Origin: Yuukianura sp. NJ FZ-2021
Lineage: Eukaryota
DNA: 64,000 bases
NCBI GenBank assembly: GCA_046563655.1
Contig: CM102287.1
Location: forward strand, 5,580,001-5,644,000
Direction: 5' to 3'
The position numbers and the translations under genes were made by a program. A model generated the notes under the pieces. That model ran no database searches. It was not told the origin of the DNA and was given only the letters and a program-made list of their open reading frames with translations. Positions 1 through 14,800 of this stretch are shown here, in pieces. Numbering within the stretch: the stretch's first letter is position 1; each line of letters opens with the position of its first letter.

Positions 1-90
1 ATTTTCCTAAGCAAGAGAATTTGCCTTTGCCTACTGGCACAGTTTCACGGAATCCTCGGTCCAATTGGAAACTAAAATATGAATTTTTAG

Positions 91-2804
91 GTGACTGTAC
101 AATGGAATGGCTCCAGAGCATCAGTGGACGCATGTCACAAGATCCGAATGCCCATTACCCGGTGATTTTGGACGCTTCAGAAATCCAGTGCTCTCTGTCC
201 TTTGACCGTACGCTTGAAAACTTTTCTCATATCAAGGCTCCCCCAAGCCAGTTTCTGTGCAAATACGACAGCCACTGCTTCTCATCTTGTCATTGCTGCG
301 ACTTTGACGCCTGCGGTAAGTCTCAACTTTTACTATTTCTACAATTTTCCTACATTCAAAAACCTAACACAAAAACCTTAACGTTTCAAAATTATAACAA
401 GAAACACGTTTAACAAAATCCTGAAGAGTGAATACTGTTCGGATTGAAATGGTTAACTTAATCAAGACGACTAACTAAACATCACGTAGAGATGAATTTA
501 GACGTTTATTGAATTAAACACAAAATCTAACCCCTAACCTTAAAGAAATTAAACTTAACTTAACATTTCGTTTCACAGACTGCGAAATGAGTTGTCCCAA
601 GAACTGTTCCTGCTACCACGACCAAGGTTGGTCCACAAACGCCGTCGACTGCTCAATGTTAGAACAAACCCAAATTCCTGGACGGATTCCCATGGACGTC
701 ACTTCTCTATTCCTGGACGGAAACATTTTTCCGTCCTTGGATTCCCATGCCTTCATTGGACACAAGAACCTCAGAGCCCTCTACCTCAACGCATCTCACG
801 TCGAGGTCATTCAGAACCGCTCGTTCCACGGTCTCAAGCAACTCAGCATCCTCCACCTCGAAAACAACTTTATCGAGCGCCTCGACGGATTTGAATTTGA
901 CGAACTCGAGAATCTCGAAGAGCTTTACTTGCAACAAAACAGTATTTCATGGATTTCAAATCAAACTTTCGCGCCACTTCTGCGTCTGCGCGTCCTCTAC
1001 CTCCATGGAAACAACTTCGTGGACTTGCCAATTTGGTCTGTGACAACAGGCGTAGGTCGCCTGAGCAGAACTCTGACTGACCTCACCCTCAGGGGTAACG
1101 AGTGGTCCTGTGACTGTGGATTTACTACAACCATGAGGGAGTGGCTACTTGAAAATCGTGCCAAAATTAGTGACGTGAGCCAAATCCACTGTGTTGACCA
1201 AGTGCCCCCCTCCCCTTCACCGAATACTGCCAATTCCCCCAAGGACTCAGAAGGCGGAACAGACGTTGTCGTCGTTCGACTTTTGGACCAGAGAAACCAC
1301 CGCTGTTCATCTTCCACTGACCTCAGCGTTCTGGAACCCTCGACAAAAGAAAGTTCAACCTGGACAGACTACATTCCGCTCATTTCCGCCCTCGCTACTG
1401 CCCTACTTGTGTTCCTGATCGTCATGTCCATGTCGTTCTACTGGCGACAACCCCTACGCGTGTGGTTCTTTGCAAAATGTGGTGTTCGTTTGGCCTCCTG
1501 CCGAGAACCGATGGCTGAGAGGGACAAACTGTTTGACGCCTTCGTTTCGTACAGTTCCAAGGACGAAGCTTGGGTGAGACAAGTTTTGGCCACGGAATTG
1601 GAGCGACAAGATCCACCTTTTCGGTTGTGTCTTCGCTACAGAGATTTACCCACCGGTGGGACCTACTTGGCCGATACGATTGTCCAAGCATCGGAGGCAT
1701 CTCGTAGAACAGTATTAGTCCTCTCACATCACTTCCTCAAAGGTACGTCTCCTGAAAATTAACTAACCTTTTCTCAAGGTTCGTAAACAAAAAAAACTTT
1801 TTCCACATCAGGTTGTCCAATAACTTTTTTTCTTTCCAATAACAATTTCTGCCAAAAAATTTTCAAAAATGAAACATGTTAAAGTTCACCTGCATTTCTT
1901 TCACAATTTTTGACTTTTATATAGTTTTTTTTTTTATTATTATGCGATTTAGCATGAAAAAAAAATTGGGCAAAAAAGTAAAAACAAAATTAGGGGAAAA
2001 ATCGTTTGATGCAAGAATTTGAAAATCCCGAATTATTGGACAACCTGTTGTAGGAAAACAACTCGGTTGTCAAGGAACCTTGACTCTTCTCATTTCTCCG
2101 CATGATCTTGAATTTTTCGAAACAGGAAAAAAAATCTAGGATTTTTTTAAGAAGAATAATTTTAGAAAAACGAACGACATTGGATCAAGAAAAACTCCCA
2201 AAACATATTATAACCGACTTTCTTTTTCGAAACAGGCGAGTGGAGTCGAAGTGACGTCAAGTCTGCTCATCATTCAGTGCTCAAAGACCGAAATCGGAGA
2301 GTTGTGATTATCCTCCTCGGTGACCTCCCTTCAAAAGACCTTGACCCCGACATTCGACTCTACCTCAAACACCACACCTATATTAACTGTGACGACAAGC
2401 GATTCTGGGACAAACTGTTCTACGCTCTCCCAGACATCAAAGTGAAAGTGCCCATGTCAAGGTGCATTCACAGTCGTGGTAGTTCCAGGTCACACTCCCA
2501 CACCCTCCCCCACTACCAACCCCCTCAGTCAAGTGTCGAAGGTCAACAACCCCCACCCCTCCCCCAGAGCAACCCACCCCCTTCCGCCCCCCACCAGCAC
2601 TACCACCACATTCCTTCGTCTTCGCTCCACCATACACCCCCCTCTCGTCCCCCCACCACCATGATGTGCACAAACACTGGAAATACTCATACGCTCATTC
2701 CAGCCACCCACCACGGCCCCCCACTCCCTCCCCAGCGACTGCCCAGTGCCAGCGGTGGAACTAACAGTGCAAATCCAAATCGACATGTGGCCATCCATAT
2801 TTAG
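91..2804 (+). CDS. Tollo: Toll-like receptor, Tollo/Toll-8-like (long Toll clade); 3' part only, 5' exons lie left of the window
   Basis: Exons 91-315, 579-1742 and 2236-2804 are joined by phase-consistent GT-AG introns. The protein reads CDCTMEWLQ...HCFSSCHCCDFDAC|DCEMSCPKNCSCYHDQ (multiple-cysteine cluster of insect long Tolls), then LRRs, LRR-CT (NEWSCDC), a TM helix (YIPLISALATALLVFLIVMSMSF), a TIR domain (KLFDAFVSYSSKD...SRRTVLVLS...SAHHSVLKDRNRR...LDPDIRLYLK...FWDKLFYALP) and a Pro/His-rich tail. The family call is secure. The Tollo versus Toll-6 assignment rests on recalled TIR motifs. Confidence 0.9.
1809..2047. mobile_element. MITE-like element in a Toll intron
   Basis: Perfect 15-bp terminal inverted repeat CAGGTTGTCCAATAA (1809-1823) / TTATTGGACAACCTG (2033-2047). 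239 bp with an AT-rich interior. No direct target-site duplication seen. Confidence 0.65.
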
Positions 2805-5589
2805 GCTCAAAGTGGGGTCACACAATTAAACTCTCACCCCCTGGGGGGTCAATTTCAGCTCAGAACAGCGAAACGACACAAGGGAAAATGGAAAAAGCGA
2901 TTTTTCATAATTTATTGCCATTGTCTGTAACCCCTCCCGCTGCACCCAGGTCGCAGAACCAGCCGAGGTTTGAACTAAACCGCAGAAGAACCTCGCCTAA
3001 ACCGAATCTGTCATCATCCCCCTGTTGGACCAGAGCCATATGATTTGGGTTAGTGGCAAAGTGAACTAAACGGTTAATTAACCCTCTCTCTCAATTGTCT
3101 CCCCAGAGAGCCCACCATTTTTCTAAAAGTTATTACCAAAAATCCTAGCCTAACAACCGCACAACTCGCAAAAAAGCCAAAACGATCAGTCATACTTTGT
3201 ATCCCCTTAACTTAATATCTTTCTCCCTTGACACTCGTGTGAATAAGTCACAGGGATGAACACCACAAACATCATTTACCATTGTCACTATTGTAATACA
3301 ACCAGAGTTGACTCACAATTTTAATTTTTATTACCCTCAACTCTCGACCCCATTTTGTATTGTCCCGAAATCAAAATAAAAGCAGAAGATGAACCTTGTG
3401 AAGATAAGTATTGTCTGTTGCAGTTCACGTTAGGTTTAATGTCTCTCACAAAGATTGATTTTAGTAATAAGCCAAACACATCTGCTCGTCTCTGGATCTC
3501 AGCAGAGCGTCATTACATCCTGCTGAGACCACCATTTCCATCCATTTGTAATTTCCATCTAGATGCAAAACATTTTAGCACTTCAACTTTTACGATTAGG
3601 ACTCATAAATCATAACACATTTAACGTTGAAACAATAAAACAGGGTCATTTTCATAACACATTCCCGCATCTCTTCTCAAATGAAAGAGAAAGAGAGATA
3701 CTGTGAAAAGAGATTCATTTCAAATTCAAAATTGAATTTAACAAAAGAACTTGCATTCCTCTCTTCTGCATTCCCTTTCATTTCTCTCCGCTCTGTTCTC
3801 TGCTTTTTAGTTGCAAATAATAAAGTGAGAGTAAAGCAGAAAAGAGAATTTGGATCCAACAGCGCATGAAATGTGTCTCTCTACGTCTGTCCATATCCAT
3901 TTTGAACTCATCATCACCTGAGGACTTCACAGCGGATCTAATTGTAATTAATTGGACTGAGATTTGAAAGTGAGAATCTTCACACCTTCCACTAATTAAA
4001 TATCTACCAGTAATAGCATCTAAACTGAAGGAAGCAACAGGATACAAACCCAAACCGAGCTTTAAAAATTTCCTAGTGTAGCGAAAAATTGAAAATTTTC
4101 AGAATCATTTCAAAATTAAGACTTTCTTATTTATACGTAGAATTTATCTTCATTTTGAAAATAAGAATAAGAATCAGTTCAAGATTTTTTGAAAATCAAT
4201 TCTTACGCCATTCAAAAAATTTGTGAAAAGCGACACCACGGTTTCAATAAATTTTAGTTCGTGTGATAGCCCGCTTGTTTTAGAGACAGATTTTCTTAAA
4301 TACTAAATTTTTGAAAGTGTTCTCAAATTAAGTCAGAAGACACTAAAAAGTTGAGAAACAGTCGGCAGATGATTTGGAAATCCAATAAAAGATGTTACAT
4401 AACATACGACAAAGTTCTGAAGAACCGAGAGACAAGAACTTCTATTCATGCTCGTTGCCCCCACCTACTCTCAAGTTACATAATTTCTGGCACCCGAGGA
4501 TTTTTTTTCCCAAGCCAGCAAGCAATTTAGCTTTTCTTTCAGCTGCAATGTTCATCTTCAGTTTTAAGTCCGGGAGCAAAAGAAGAGGAAATTAGGAGGC
4601 GTTACACCATGCCTCAATGACACCGAAAAAGTTGACATCCGATGACTTCTCAGAACGAACAGAAAAAAAAGTTTCAAAATTCAAAGCTAATTTTCATCTT
4701 CAACTTCTTCCTAACCGCAACACGCCGCAAGGCTTGGAACGCTTCGGTGACTAAATTTCCAAATCATCCTAAAAATTTCATCACTTAAATTTTTTTTAGC
4801 TTGAACATGATCATAAAACGATCTCGTTTGAGCATGATTCATCTCCAGGTATTTCACTTGTCAACTTCAACTTTGAAGCAAGATCCTGCCAACTTACATT
4901 TGACAGATCCATCCTGAATCGTTCCTTAATTACTACTCTAACAAAATGGATTTAGAAAAAAACGAAAAAGTCAAGGTTGCTTGTCGGCGGCATCGTTCCA
5001 TTGTTCCAGTTTAACATTTAGTCCCAACTCCTTATGTAAAGAAACCCTGACAAGTAAAAGTAAAAACCAAAAAGTCCAGAAGAGCGTCTCTTTGGAAGTG
5101 ACATGCGACTTTTTCCATCTCACGAACAAAACAAAAGTAAAAACGACTTTGGAAAAAAGATTTTTGTTCCTTGAAGGAATAGGATAGACATCTCCGCCCA
5201 TTTCCTTAGACAAAAGCCCTTGTTCTTTCTAATGGAAATGAATGGTAAAGACTAAAGAAAAGCTACCAACCGAACTTCTTTGGGATTCAGACTTTTGGAA
5301 TTGAATTGAAGAAAAACCAGAGATCCAAGTCAACACTCAATTATTCCAGTCGTCTCCAGGCAACCCCAAGGAGACAGAACAGATCCCAGTTACTCCCTCC
5401 ATCCATATCTTATTTGTAACAAAAGATTTAGAGTAATGAGATGATAATGGACTGGGTACAAAAGGAGGCAAGATTCGGAATCAACTAGTAATTGTTCCTT
5501 CCCTTGTTCAACGGAATTCTACATTGTCTCTACACCCACACAATACAATCTTCACAATCTTCTTCAACTCCACCCTCCTCTTAAAAATA

Positions 5590-5800
5590 ACAATTAATCT
5601 TCAACAAAACAAAATTTACAAGAAATAAACAAAATTTATACAAAAAACAACAAAATTTAAACAAAACAACAACAAAAGTTTAAAAAAAATAAACAAAACC
5701 GGAAAAAGTAAATACCCTAACCTGAAAACCTAACGCAAAAGCAACAAAACAAATTCAAAAACAGAAAACGAAGAAATAAAATTACAAAAAGCAAATAACC
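5590..5800. repeat. A/C-rich low-complexity tract (degenerate AAAAC-type units)
   Basis: Runs such as caacaaaacaaaatttacaagaaataaacaaaatttatacaaaaaacaacaaaattt with almost no G. Confidence 0.6.
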
Positions 5801-8800
5801 TCACCTAACTTATAATTATCATAAAAACGCTTAAATTTTTTGAAAAAGAACAATTTCGGCAAAAATTGGCACAAAAAATTCCAAATTCCTGGAAATCGCA
5901 TCCAAATTCTTGCAGTCAGTCACACCCTCCAATTAAATCCAACAGCTATACACACATCCCATCAGTTGTGAAAAAAAAATTCGAATATAAAGTTCTGCAA
6001 ACATAAATTCGCACAGAAAATTCGCGAATAAAATCCCTATGTAATATAAATTCAGACAGGTAGAACAATGGAGTCTCGTTCCAGAGGGGGATGTAAAATT
6101 TGCATTTTGTAAAATAACATGGACATTTTGTACCTCAAATGAAAAGTCGTTTAATTTTATGAAGCCCAATTTAATCATAGACTAAAGCTGCTCTCCTACT
6201 CCCAAACACCAATTTTCTCTTTTATTTTCCTAATAAGAAACCTCGGCTTCCCTTGTTTTCTGGCTGACCAAAGTCTGTTCCAACTATAAGGATAATAGCT
6301 ATGGCTGTGCAAGAGATCATTACGACCTCTTTTTCCGTAGATGAAATTGTGCGATAACCAACTAATCACGGACTCTCCAACTCACGACTAATCATATCAG
6401 TTTCACTTCAACTTGCATTTGCTCAAATTTGCAAACCCTAGGCATAGCACTCGGAACAACCCTAATAATAGGGACCAAGTGCCCAATTTGTTATGACTCA
6501 TAACTCACATCCCTCCTTTGCAAAAATTCTGCACAAATATTAGTTGATGACACTCCATAAAATTTGGAATTTCGGCCGTTCAACTTTAAATGGATTGGAA
6601 ACAAAAATATAAAAAATTATAATAAAAAGTAAGTTTACCAGTCAAAAACAGCAATTTTACGTTACAAAAACATTTTTGCGCCGTTGTGCAAAACATTTTC
6701 ACATAAATAGGCTCAAAAGTGAGGTGTGTGTTCACCTTAAGCTAACCGGCAACGCTAACGCTGGAGTTAACATTGTCGCCAGAGACACTGCACTGCTCAC
6801 GCCAAAAGAAACACGAAAATGACCGGCCAAACGTCAGCGTCAACTTTAGTGCCACAAAAAGTAAAAATTAGTCAAGTCAGCGTTAAATTAACGTTAAGCT
6901 CGCAGTTACGTTAATATCATCCATGCTAAAGGAAGTCTAGTGGGACTTTAAACAGAAATCAAGAGTTACACAACTTTCCACCGTGGGGAAAACCAGCATT
7001 TCACACCCAATTAACGGATTAATTTCAAGAGCGGAATTCCACTTGAACGAAGCCTCACAGCAGCCTCCTTCAACTTCAACTTCCCCGGTGCACAAGAAAT
7101 AATACAGTTAAATGAAAAGTGACAAAACGTCAAAGTGAAGCCCACAGGTTCTCAAGTTGAAACAGAGGAGGGAGTAACTAATGTTAAGGTAAAAGCAAAA
7201 AAACGTTGATTGAGCATAACCCCTCTCCATTCCTTCATATCCACTTGGACAGAATCTCTCACTGATCTTATTTTTTCTCCTTCCAAAAAGTCTAGAGGAT
7301 GAGTCGACTTCTTTTCAATTTTTTTCAAGTTATTTTCCTCTCTGTGTGATGATAAATTAAACGAATCTTGCACACATAATAATTTTCCAATGGAATGATT
7401 CAAATAATTGCTCTCAGGTTTTTCATGCTTCCCCTTCTTCTTCTCTCCTTTCAGTCAATCTTCTATGACAGGAGAGGCCAAGGAGCATGAATTCCCCGTT
7501 TCAAAAGAAACAACGTTTCTTTCCCCTCTCTTTTGTTTCAAATTCAACATCAAAAAGATGTATGAGTCCGTGGAAATCCTGGAACACCGGTGGAGCAGTT
7601 ACCTTTCGCTGGAAATTTAATTTCATCAACTCAACCGAGTTAGCTACACACCAAACTCCTCAACTAAATTGCCTACACACGCCAAATTCCTCAACAAAAT
7701 CTCACACACAAGCCAAATTCTTTCATGGCTTGGCAAATTTCCGCAAAATCTCACACTCGCAAAACTTAAAATCTATTGCGCAAAATTCGTCAACAAAGAA
7801 TAGCACAAAAACCAAAATGAGCCACTTTCTCCAGTATGACAAGTTTACTCTACATTTAAAAAAACATTCACTTAAGGTTATGTTTAGGTTTTTTGTGCGT
7901 TTGTTTTTGGTGTTTACGTAAGTTGGTGCCTAGCTAACTCATTCTACCCCTAGTAATTTGCAGGAAGAGATAGAACCCTTCACAGTCTAGGTTGAAGATG
8001 CATCACCTAACAAGTGAATCTCTCCATTAAAGTCCTCCAGGAATCCCTTGATTCTAGGTATATCCATCTTAAATTACTCTTGTAAAATATTTAAAACTTT
8101 ATCTTGAGAACAAGAACCAGAGAATCCATCCCACACTACAATCTTTATTCTTCCCAAAGTCAAGAATTCTGCAACCACTTTTCATTCCCTTGCCACTCAA
8201 CATCCCCACCTCATCCTTTATCTTCCCATCTTATTTCTTATACCCTCAAACAATGCAACTCTACCATAAAAACAAATTATAAACACACTGCACTCCTGTT
8301 CAAATAAATTCAACTCACAAATAATTCTGCACAAAAATTAAAAACAAAACTTTTCGTCGCTTTCTCTACTGGAAAACATCCGAATCCTCAGGTGATCTAA
8401 AAAAAAAGTTCAAAATTTCCATAAGTTTCTCCCGAAGTGATTTTCATTGGCGTCAAATCCCAGCAATTATTTTGCAAAAGTAAAGATACTTTACAGTAGA
8501 ACCTAAGCAATATGAACAAAGCAGAGTATCCAGTTTCAAACATTTTGAAAATTTTTGAAATAAATTCCGCGGGCACAGCCATTTTGAAACCAATGCTGAA
8601 TTCCACAAAGGCCGCAGAAGCCAGAGTAACAACAAGATGTGAAGAATAGCAAAGACCAAAGTGTTGTCTGAGTAAATAAGACTGTTTTCCCTGCAAAAGG
8701 AACTTTTGACGTTGGTTTTGTATCTTGGGGGCTAATTAGAAGAATGAAGGATTGGCTCATCATCTTCTTCCGCCGCAGGGACTCCCACCATGAATCAAAC

Positions 8801-11800
8801 CTCTAACTTCTTAACCGTAGGAACAACTCCAACTTTTGCCAAGTTCCAATGTTAAACTCCTCCGAACTTCAACCCCGTCTCACCGGATCCACCAAGAAGC
8901 TGTCAACAGAAACCCAAATCATAAAAAAACAAAGAACCACCTTCCAACCCCTTCCAATCTACATGTAGATTTTATAATTAAAAAATACGCTCAAACAAAC
9001 CGATTCAGAATTCAACTCAACTTCCGACCGCCTTCTGCTTCCTCTTCTTAAACAAAAATGGAAATGACGTTTCAAATTCCCAAATTCCGCAACTTTTTCG
9101 CTTTTCGTCCGGCAAAACATTTTTGGAACTTAAAAACGAAGATTTTGAGGTTGAATTTGAGATAAAACACAAGCATCGTATTGGTGAGACACGCTGTACC
9201 GTTGAAATTTTTACGATTTGGAACAAATTCCCAAACTCCAAATCATGTCCAATTTAAGTCAAACCTATAACATTTTTACTGCCAATTTGAAAATTAGCCG
9301 TTAAATGTTAAACATCATTGGAAACAAGGCGAAAGCAAAGATGTTGAAACTCAAATCCCAAAACAATGGAAGGTGGTTGGTTTGTGATGATCTAGTTAAA
9401 ATCTGCGTGTGATTTATAGCACTTTCACAAACGTTTCATTTTATTATTGGTCCATAATCAAAATGGTGCCGAATATGCACAAAACTTATTCTTCCCAAAA
9501 CTTAATCACATCCCCATCTCCTTAACATTAGCCAGAAAACTTTCATTTTACAATTAACTTTTCCTTTTCTGATCGTGACAGGTTAGGAATTAGGGGATAA
9601 GAAGTTAAACCATATTTTCACTTCCAATTTTGTGTTACTTTACGTTTTGATTGAGATTCTAATTATACCGTATGAAAATACATGCTCAATTTCAGATCCT
9701 GATCTGATCCTTCTACTCACAAATACTCCTGACTCACCTTCCAAATTCCAAATCAAACTCAAATTCATTCCAAAACATTGATCAAAAACCTAACATTGGA
9801 CAGACACCGAAGTGATTATAGGCTTCAGCACAAGCTAACTTCAGTGGAAGGTTAAATTTTCCAAGACAAAAGAGGACATGAATACCTCCTCAACGCCTCA
9901 TCTTATTTTCCTCCTTTCAAAAATGGTGAAAATTCGTAATAATTTATTCAGAGAAGCATTCCGACCATCAAGAAATCGAACTCAAAGTTGAAAACAACTC
10001 ACAAAACCAACCCACTGACAGCTCACTCTTCACTCACTTTTTAACAAAATCTTTATCAGATTCTTAGTAACAAAAAAAAATCCTCTGAACAATATTATTA
10101 CTCACCGCACCGCGTACTTTTTATATTAACAAACAAAATTCTCCACTTCAAAATCAAATCCTCCTCATTTTACATTATAAAAATTCAAAAAGCCTTTTCC
10201 ACCAATCTAAAATTAAAATCTGACTCAAAAATGTTTCATAAGGTACAACGTTTTGTAAAGAAAAAAAAATGAAATCGCTGTTTCGCAATGCTTTCGTCGT
10301 GTAGTTTACAAATGTGACAGAGATTGAACCAAGAAAGAAAACGGAGAACTCAGGAAATTACAAATGTCAAATTTGTTGGCATTTTGTCGCAATTTTTTAT
10401 TCTTTTTGGCATTTCTGACATTTCTTTGCATTTTCTGCCTTATGTTACACAAAAATTGCATCTGAAGTTTACCAAAAATGCTATGCACCAGTGTTAAAAA
10501 AAATTCTGCCATTTAGATTACACATAAATAGGTTTGCTATTTGGTGTTCCAAAAAATTTTCGCAATCAACTATTACATGGCATTTGAAAAGTATTAATTT
10601 TCCGTCACTTCCATGCCAAACATTTTAAATTCCTCTTTGAATCGCGTCGCTTTAGTTCCAAAAAGTTGTGTTTGCGTCACGGGCATCTAAAACTCAAAGC
10701 TCAAATCAAATGAAGCTCAAATCACCAAAAACAAAAGATCGCGTCATTTGTTCATGAAAAATTAAAATTAAGTACTGTGACAGTCCATTTAATTCCGGAA
10801 TCAAAACGAACTTTGAGATGGAAGTTGTAAATTAAACGACTATAGTGAGGCCTCCTCTGACAATGACTCACAGCAGACAAAAATGACACTGAAGAATGTG
10901 TTGGACCAAAAATTAAAAATGAATGAGTAATTTATTAAGTGAAATGGAGACCAGCTCCTGCTCATCTCGTTAATAAGTCATTTGACGGCAAGTTGACTAC
11001 CACCCAAGTCACTCCGCCATTTGTACACAATTCTACGACATCTTTAGACTTCACAGGCACATTCAAAGATGCTGAAGATGCCTTCGCCAAGGCCAAAAGG
11101 CCCTACCTGAGCGAGAGACACGCCTTTCTTCTCAATTAATATTCTGTCTCATGTACAAACTAACAGCCTAAGTTTTCTAAAAGATGAGGAATCTTGGAAA
11201 AACTGAACCTGTCCAGCCACCAACAGCCTCCAACAGATCAAGTTACACATTTCCATTTCCTATCTACACCAAAAACCCATTTAAAACTGAAACTGCAACT
11301 AACTTTGTAACAGAGAACTTAAATCCTCGTTCCACGTTTTACCCAGTTCCAAAAACTTAACAAAACCAATCAATCAAAAAACTACTACTTTTTCTTTCTT
11401 CTTTTTTTCAAAATTTTTTTTGTCTAAGCTTTTTTTCTAAAATTGATTCCCATAATCCCATGACATCCAGAACAGTAAGAACCAAGAGGATTTTCATCCC
11501 TGTCTCGAAAAACTTTCACTCTCAAAACTTTTTCTCAAAGCCTGACATACAGAACTTTCACTTTCAAACTTTGCTCGTAGTAGCCCATAAAATAGCAACT
11601 TCATCGCACCATAGAACTTGGACATTGACGATGAACAGCAAACTTAAGCAAGTTGAAAAATTGAAAAGCGAGATCATTCAATTCACAAAACCATTTCAAT
11701 GTTCTAAGAATTTCAACACTTAGCGTATCTCCGGTGACATTTTAAGGCATTCAATTCAATCAAAAAATTTTCATGTCGGTACTTTATGTGAAAAATTTTT

Positions 11801-14800
11801 ATGGTACTTTTTGTAACAATGAATGCAACACAAAAGGAAATTGAACGATTTCCAAAGAAAATTGTTTTCCCTACTGAGGAAATTTGAGCTTCATAGAACC
11901 AAAATTAAATTTTTGACTTTGAGTTATTTCGTGAAATTTGAATTCTTAGCACTTTCTCAAAAAGGCTTTTGTAACACTTCCTTAATTTAACCTCAAAAGT
12001 ACTAAAAAGTTTGTATTTTTCAACCTGCCGATTTTTTACGGCTGTCAAACAACAAAACAACAAAAACAAGAAAACAGTCTCACAATAACCAAAGTCAAAA
12101 TCCATTTTGTAGCAATACGGAAGACATAAAACACGATCCGAATAACAAAAGTTTCCGGAGAAAGGAAATCATTCTCCCATTTTTCAGGAGAAGTCACTCA
12201 CTTTTTGAAGTGAGTTTTCAAACACTTGGGAAATGGTAGGTCCTTAAAGGGCTCCCATTTTCAGATTCCCACATAAAGAGAAAAACAAGAAGCCCAGATG
12301 ATCAAAATTCTTCATGCTCTGTCTCTATCAATAGAAAAAGTCTCACTTCCTCCATCCTCGTTACATTTTTTCTCTCAAAAGTTTCATTTTTCTTTTGTTT
12401 TGTTTCAAAATGGTCCAGTTTCTCTCCATTTCCAAACTTTTGGCCTCTTTTTCACCCAAAAACCCAATTTCATCCGAATCATTTCAACAGCGGAGCCACA
12501 CCAAGGAAACAATGGGACACAAAAGAGTAGGAGCAGTTGGGCGAATACAAATGAAAATCAGCCACCTAGAACTCACACCCACCACAGCAGGCCTAAATTT
12601 ACACTTGTAGTTGGGAAATAAATCTTCTTCACAAATTAAGCCTCTTCAACACAATTGAATTAGTCCGTAATTCCGGAACTCCCAGACTACAATTCTTCAA
12701 TTCCAGGTTCAATAGGTCCCCTAATTCATAGACCCTCAAATAAGGGGCTACGTGGCCCTTCAATTGAATTAGATACTTCTACACTGCTCTAATTAATTCT
12801 CACTTCAAAATTACACTTCCACATACATTCAGAATTTTTGTGTAAAAGAAATCGCAATGATAATTTTCTGTTTCTCGTTCCTAAAATTCAAAATCTGTCA
12901 AAATACCATGAGTTTTTATGAATGACAATTTCACCATTGAACTATTTTTCCATTTGCTTTTTCGCAATGATTTTTGCAACTTTTTCTCCTTCGGCTTCTA
13001 GATCCACATTCAAATTCATCACTTTTGAATTTTCAAACGCTCCGTGTCAGTGGGCATCGGACGTGTTCGTAAAGCTAATTTGAAAAACGAATGTAAAGTA
13101 GCTACGAAAACTAAACTACAGCGGATATTAGCACATCAAAATTCTGAGACTTTTTAACAGACGTCCAAGTTATACGAAAAATTGCAACGCCTGACCTTTG
13201 CCCTCAGTCACTTTTTCAACATTTTTTTCGACCAAATCCATTTTAATTGCTGGGAAAATGGCCATTAAGACAAGGCTAACGAGATCAAAAATGTGAAAAT
13301 GCGGGAAAGTCGAGAAGCAGAAAAGACATTGACAGATGTCTGCTGAAACAGGAATTAATGGACTACTCCTCGCCTCTCATCTAAACCAAACAGAATTCTC
13401 TCTCACATTCTCATATAAACTTAAAGTTAACTTGTTAAGGTAAAACTAACTTATTTGTCAAGATTTCTACTCTAACGTCCATCTCTCTTGATTCTTTTAT
13501 TCCCCTGACCTCTTGACCTCACCCGCCCCCTTCACCAACCGTTGCTTTTTAGAATTCAATTGAAAATTAATTTCAAGAAAGCACTATAAATCAGAACAAA
13601 AGAAGAAGCAAGAGTTCAAGAGTCTTAAAATCCATAAATTGACACTTGAAACTCCTGTCCTAGGCAATAATTTGTTTGAAGGCGGAGTACACAACAATGG
13701 AAATTGAGGTAGTTAAGTGCCACCTTCTGCTCAAAAAAGCCTGCAAAAAATTCACACCTCTACACATATTAATTAGCACTCGACCAGATGAAGTAAAGTG
13801 CACCTTCCAATAAACACATCACTTTTAACCTTAAAGTCAACAGGAAATTTGCCAAAACTGATAATCCTGCACGACATGTGCTCTTTGTCTAATCGGACAT
13901 TAATCCCTGCACCCTGCATCAACTTAAATTCAATTTCCTACGTTCGAGGCTCGTTCCATACAAGTCACTTCCACATTACAACTTAATTAAAAGAACAATT
14001 AAAAATGAAAAAAAGCAAAATTCTTGTTCCATGACAAATGGCAATTACATGCAACCATCCATTCATATCCCGGTCAAATGTAATTAGTAGAGATTCAGAT
14101 CCAGATTCAGGATTTACTTGTCTGATTTCTTTAAAAGTTCAAAGAAAACAGGAAAATGAACTAAAAAACTGAGGTTTGTGAAAACATGAAGACAATTAGT
14201 AAGTTCATAATGAAAGGAAAAAAAATTTCCCTTGAAAGGAACAAAATAAATCACGCTTGCTACGGAAAAGTTCAAATCCTGCAATAAACAACAGCAGAAA
14301 TTAATAATCCTATGCTTTTGATTCATTACAAAGCGGAATTCAAACTTCAAAAACAAACAAAACAGAAAAAACTAGTTCGCAGGGACTTTGACTTGAGTTA
14401 ATTATTTACAACGTTGCTTTAATTAATTTAGTTAATTCTCCCTATAATAAAGTGAACTAATAAAAATTGTAAAGAAATAAATAACAATAATTAAAAAAAA
14501 ATCTCCTCTTAACAATCTACCCTGCCTTTTTTCAGTTCACTTGAAAATAATTTTCGAAAATGTATCTTTGAAATTTTAAAAAATGAAACCTATTTTGAAA
14601 AAAAATTTAACACCAAACCGATAATTTTCTTCGTCGAATAGAAACAATTAAACGTGTTACACCGAAACAACTAAAACTGAGACGCTATAGATTTTCTTGG
14701 AAATTTTACAAAATTGTAAACGTCATAGACAAAAACTAATTTAGTGCTGTTCAACACTGTCATTTCAAATTCCACAACCAATTTTCAAAAAAACACGATT

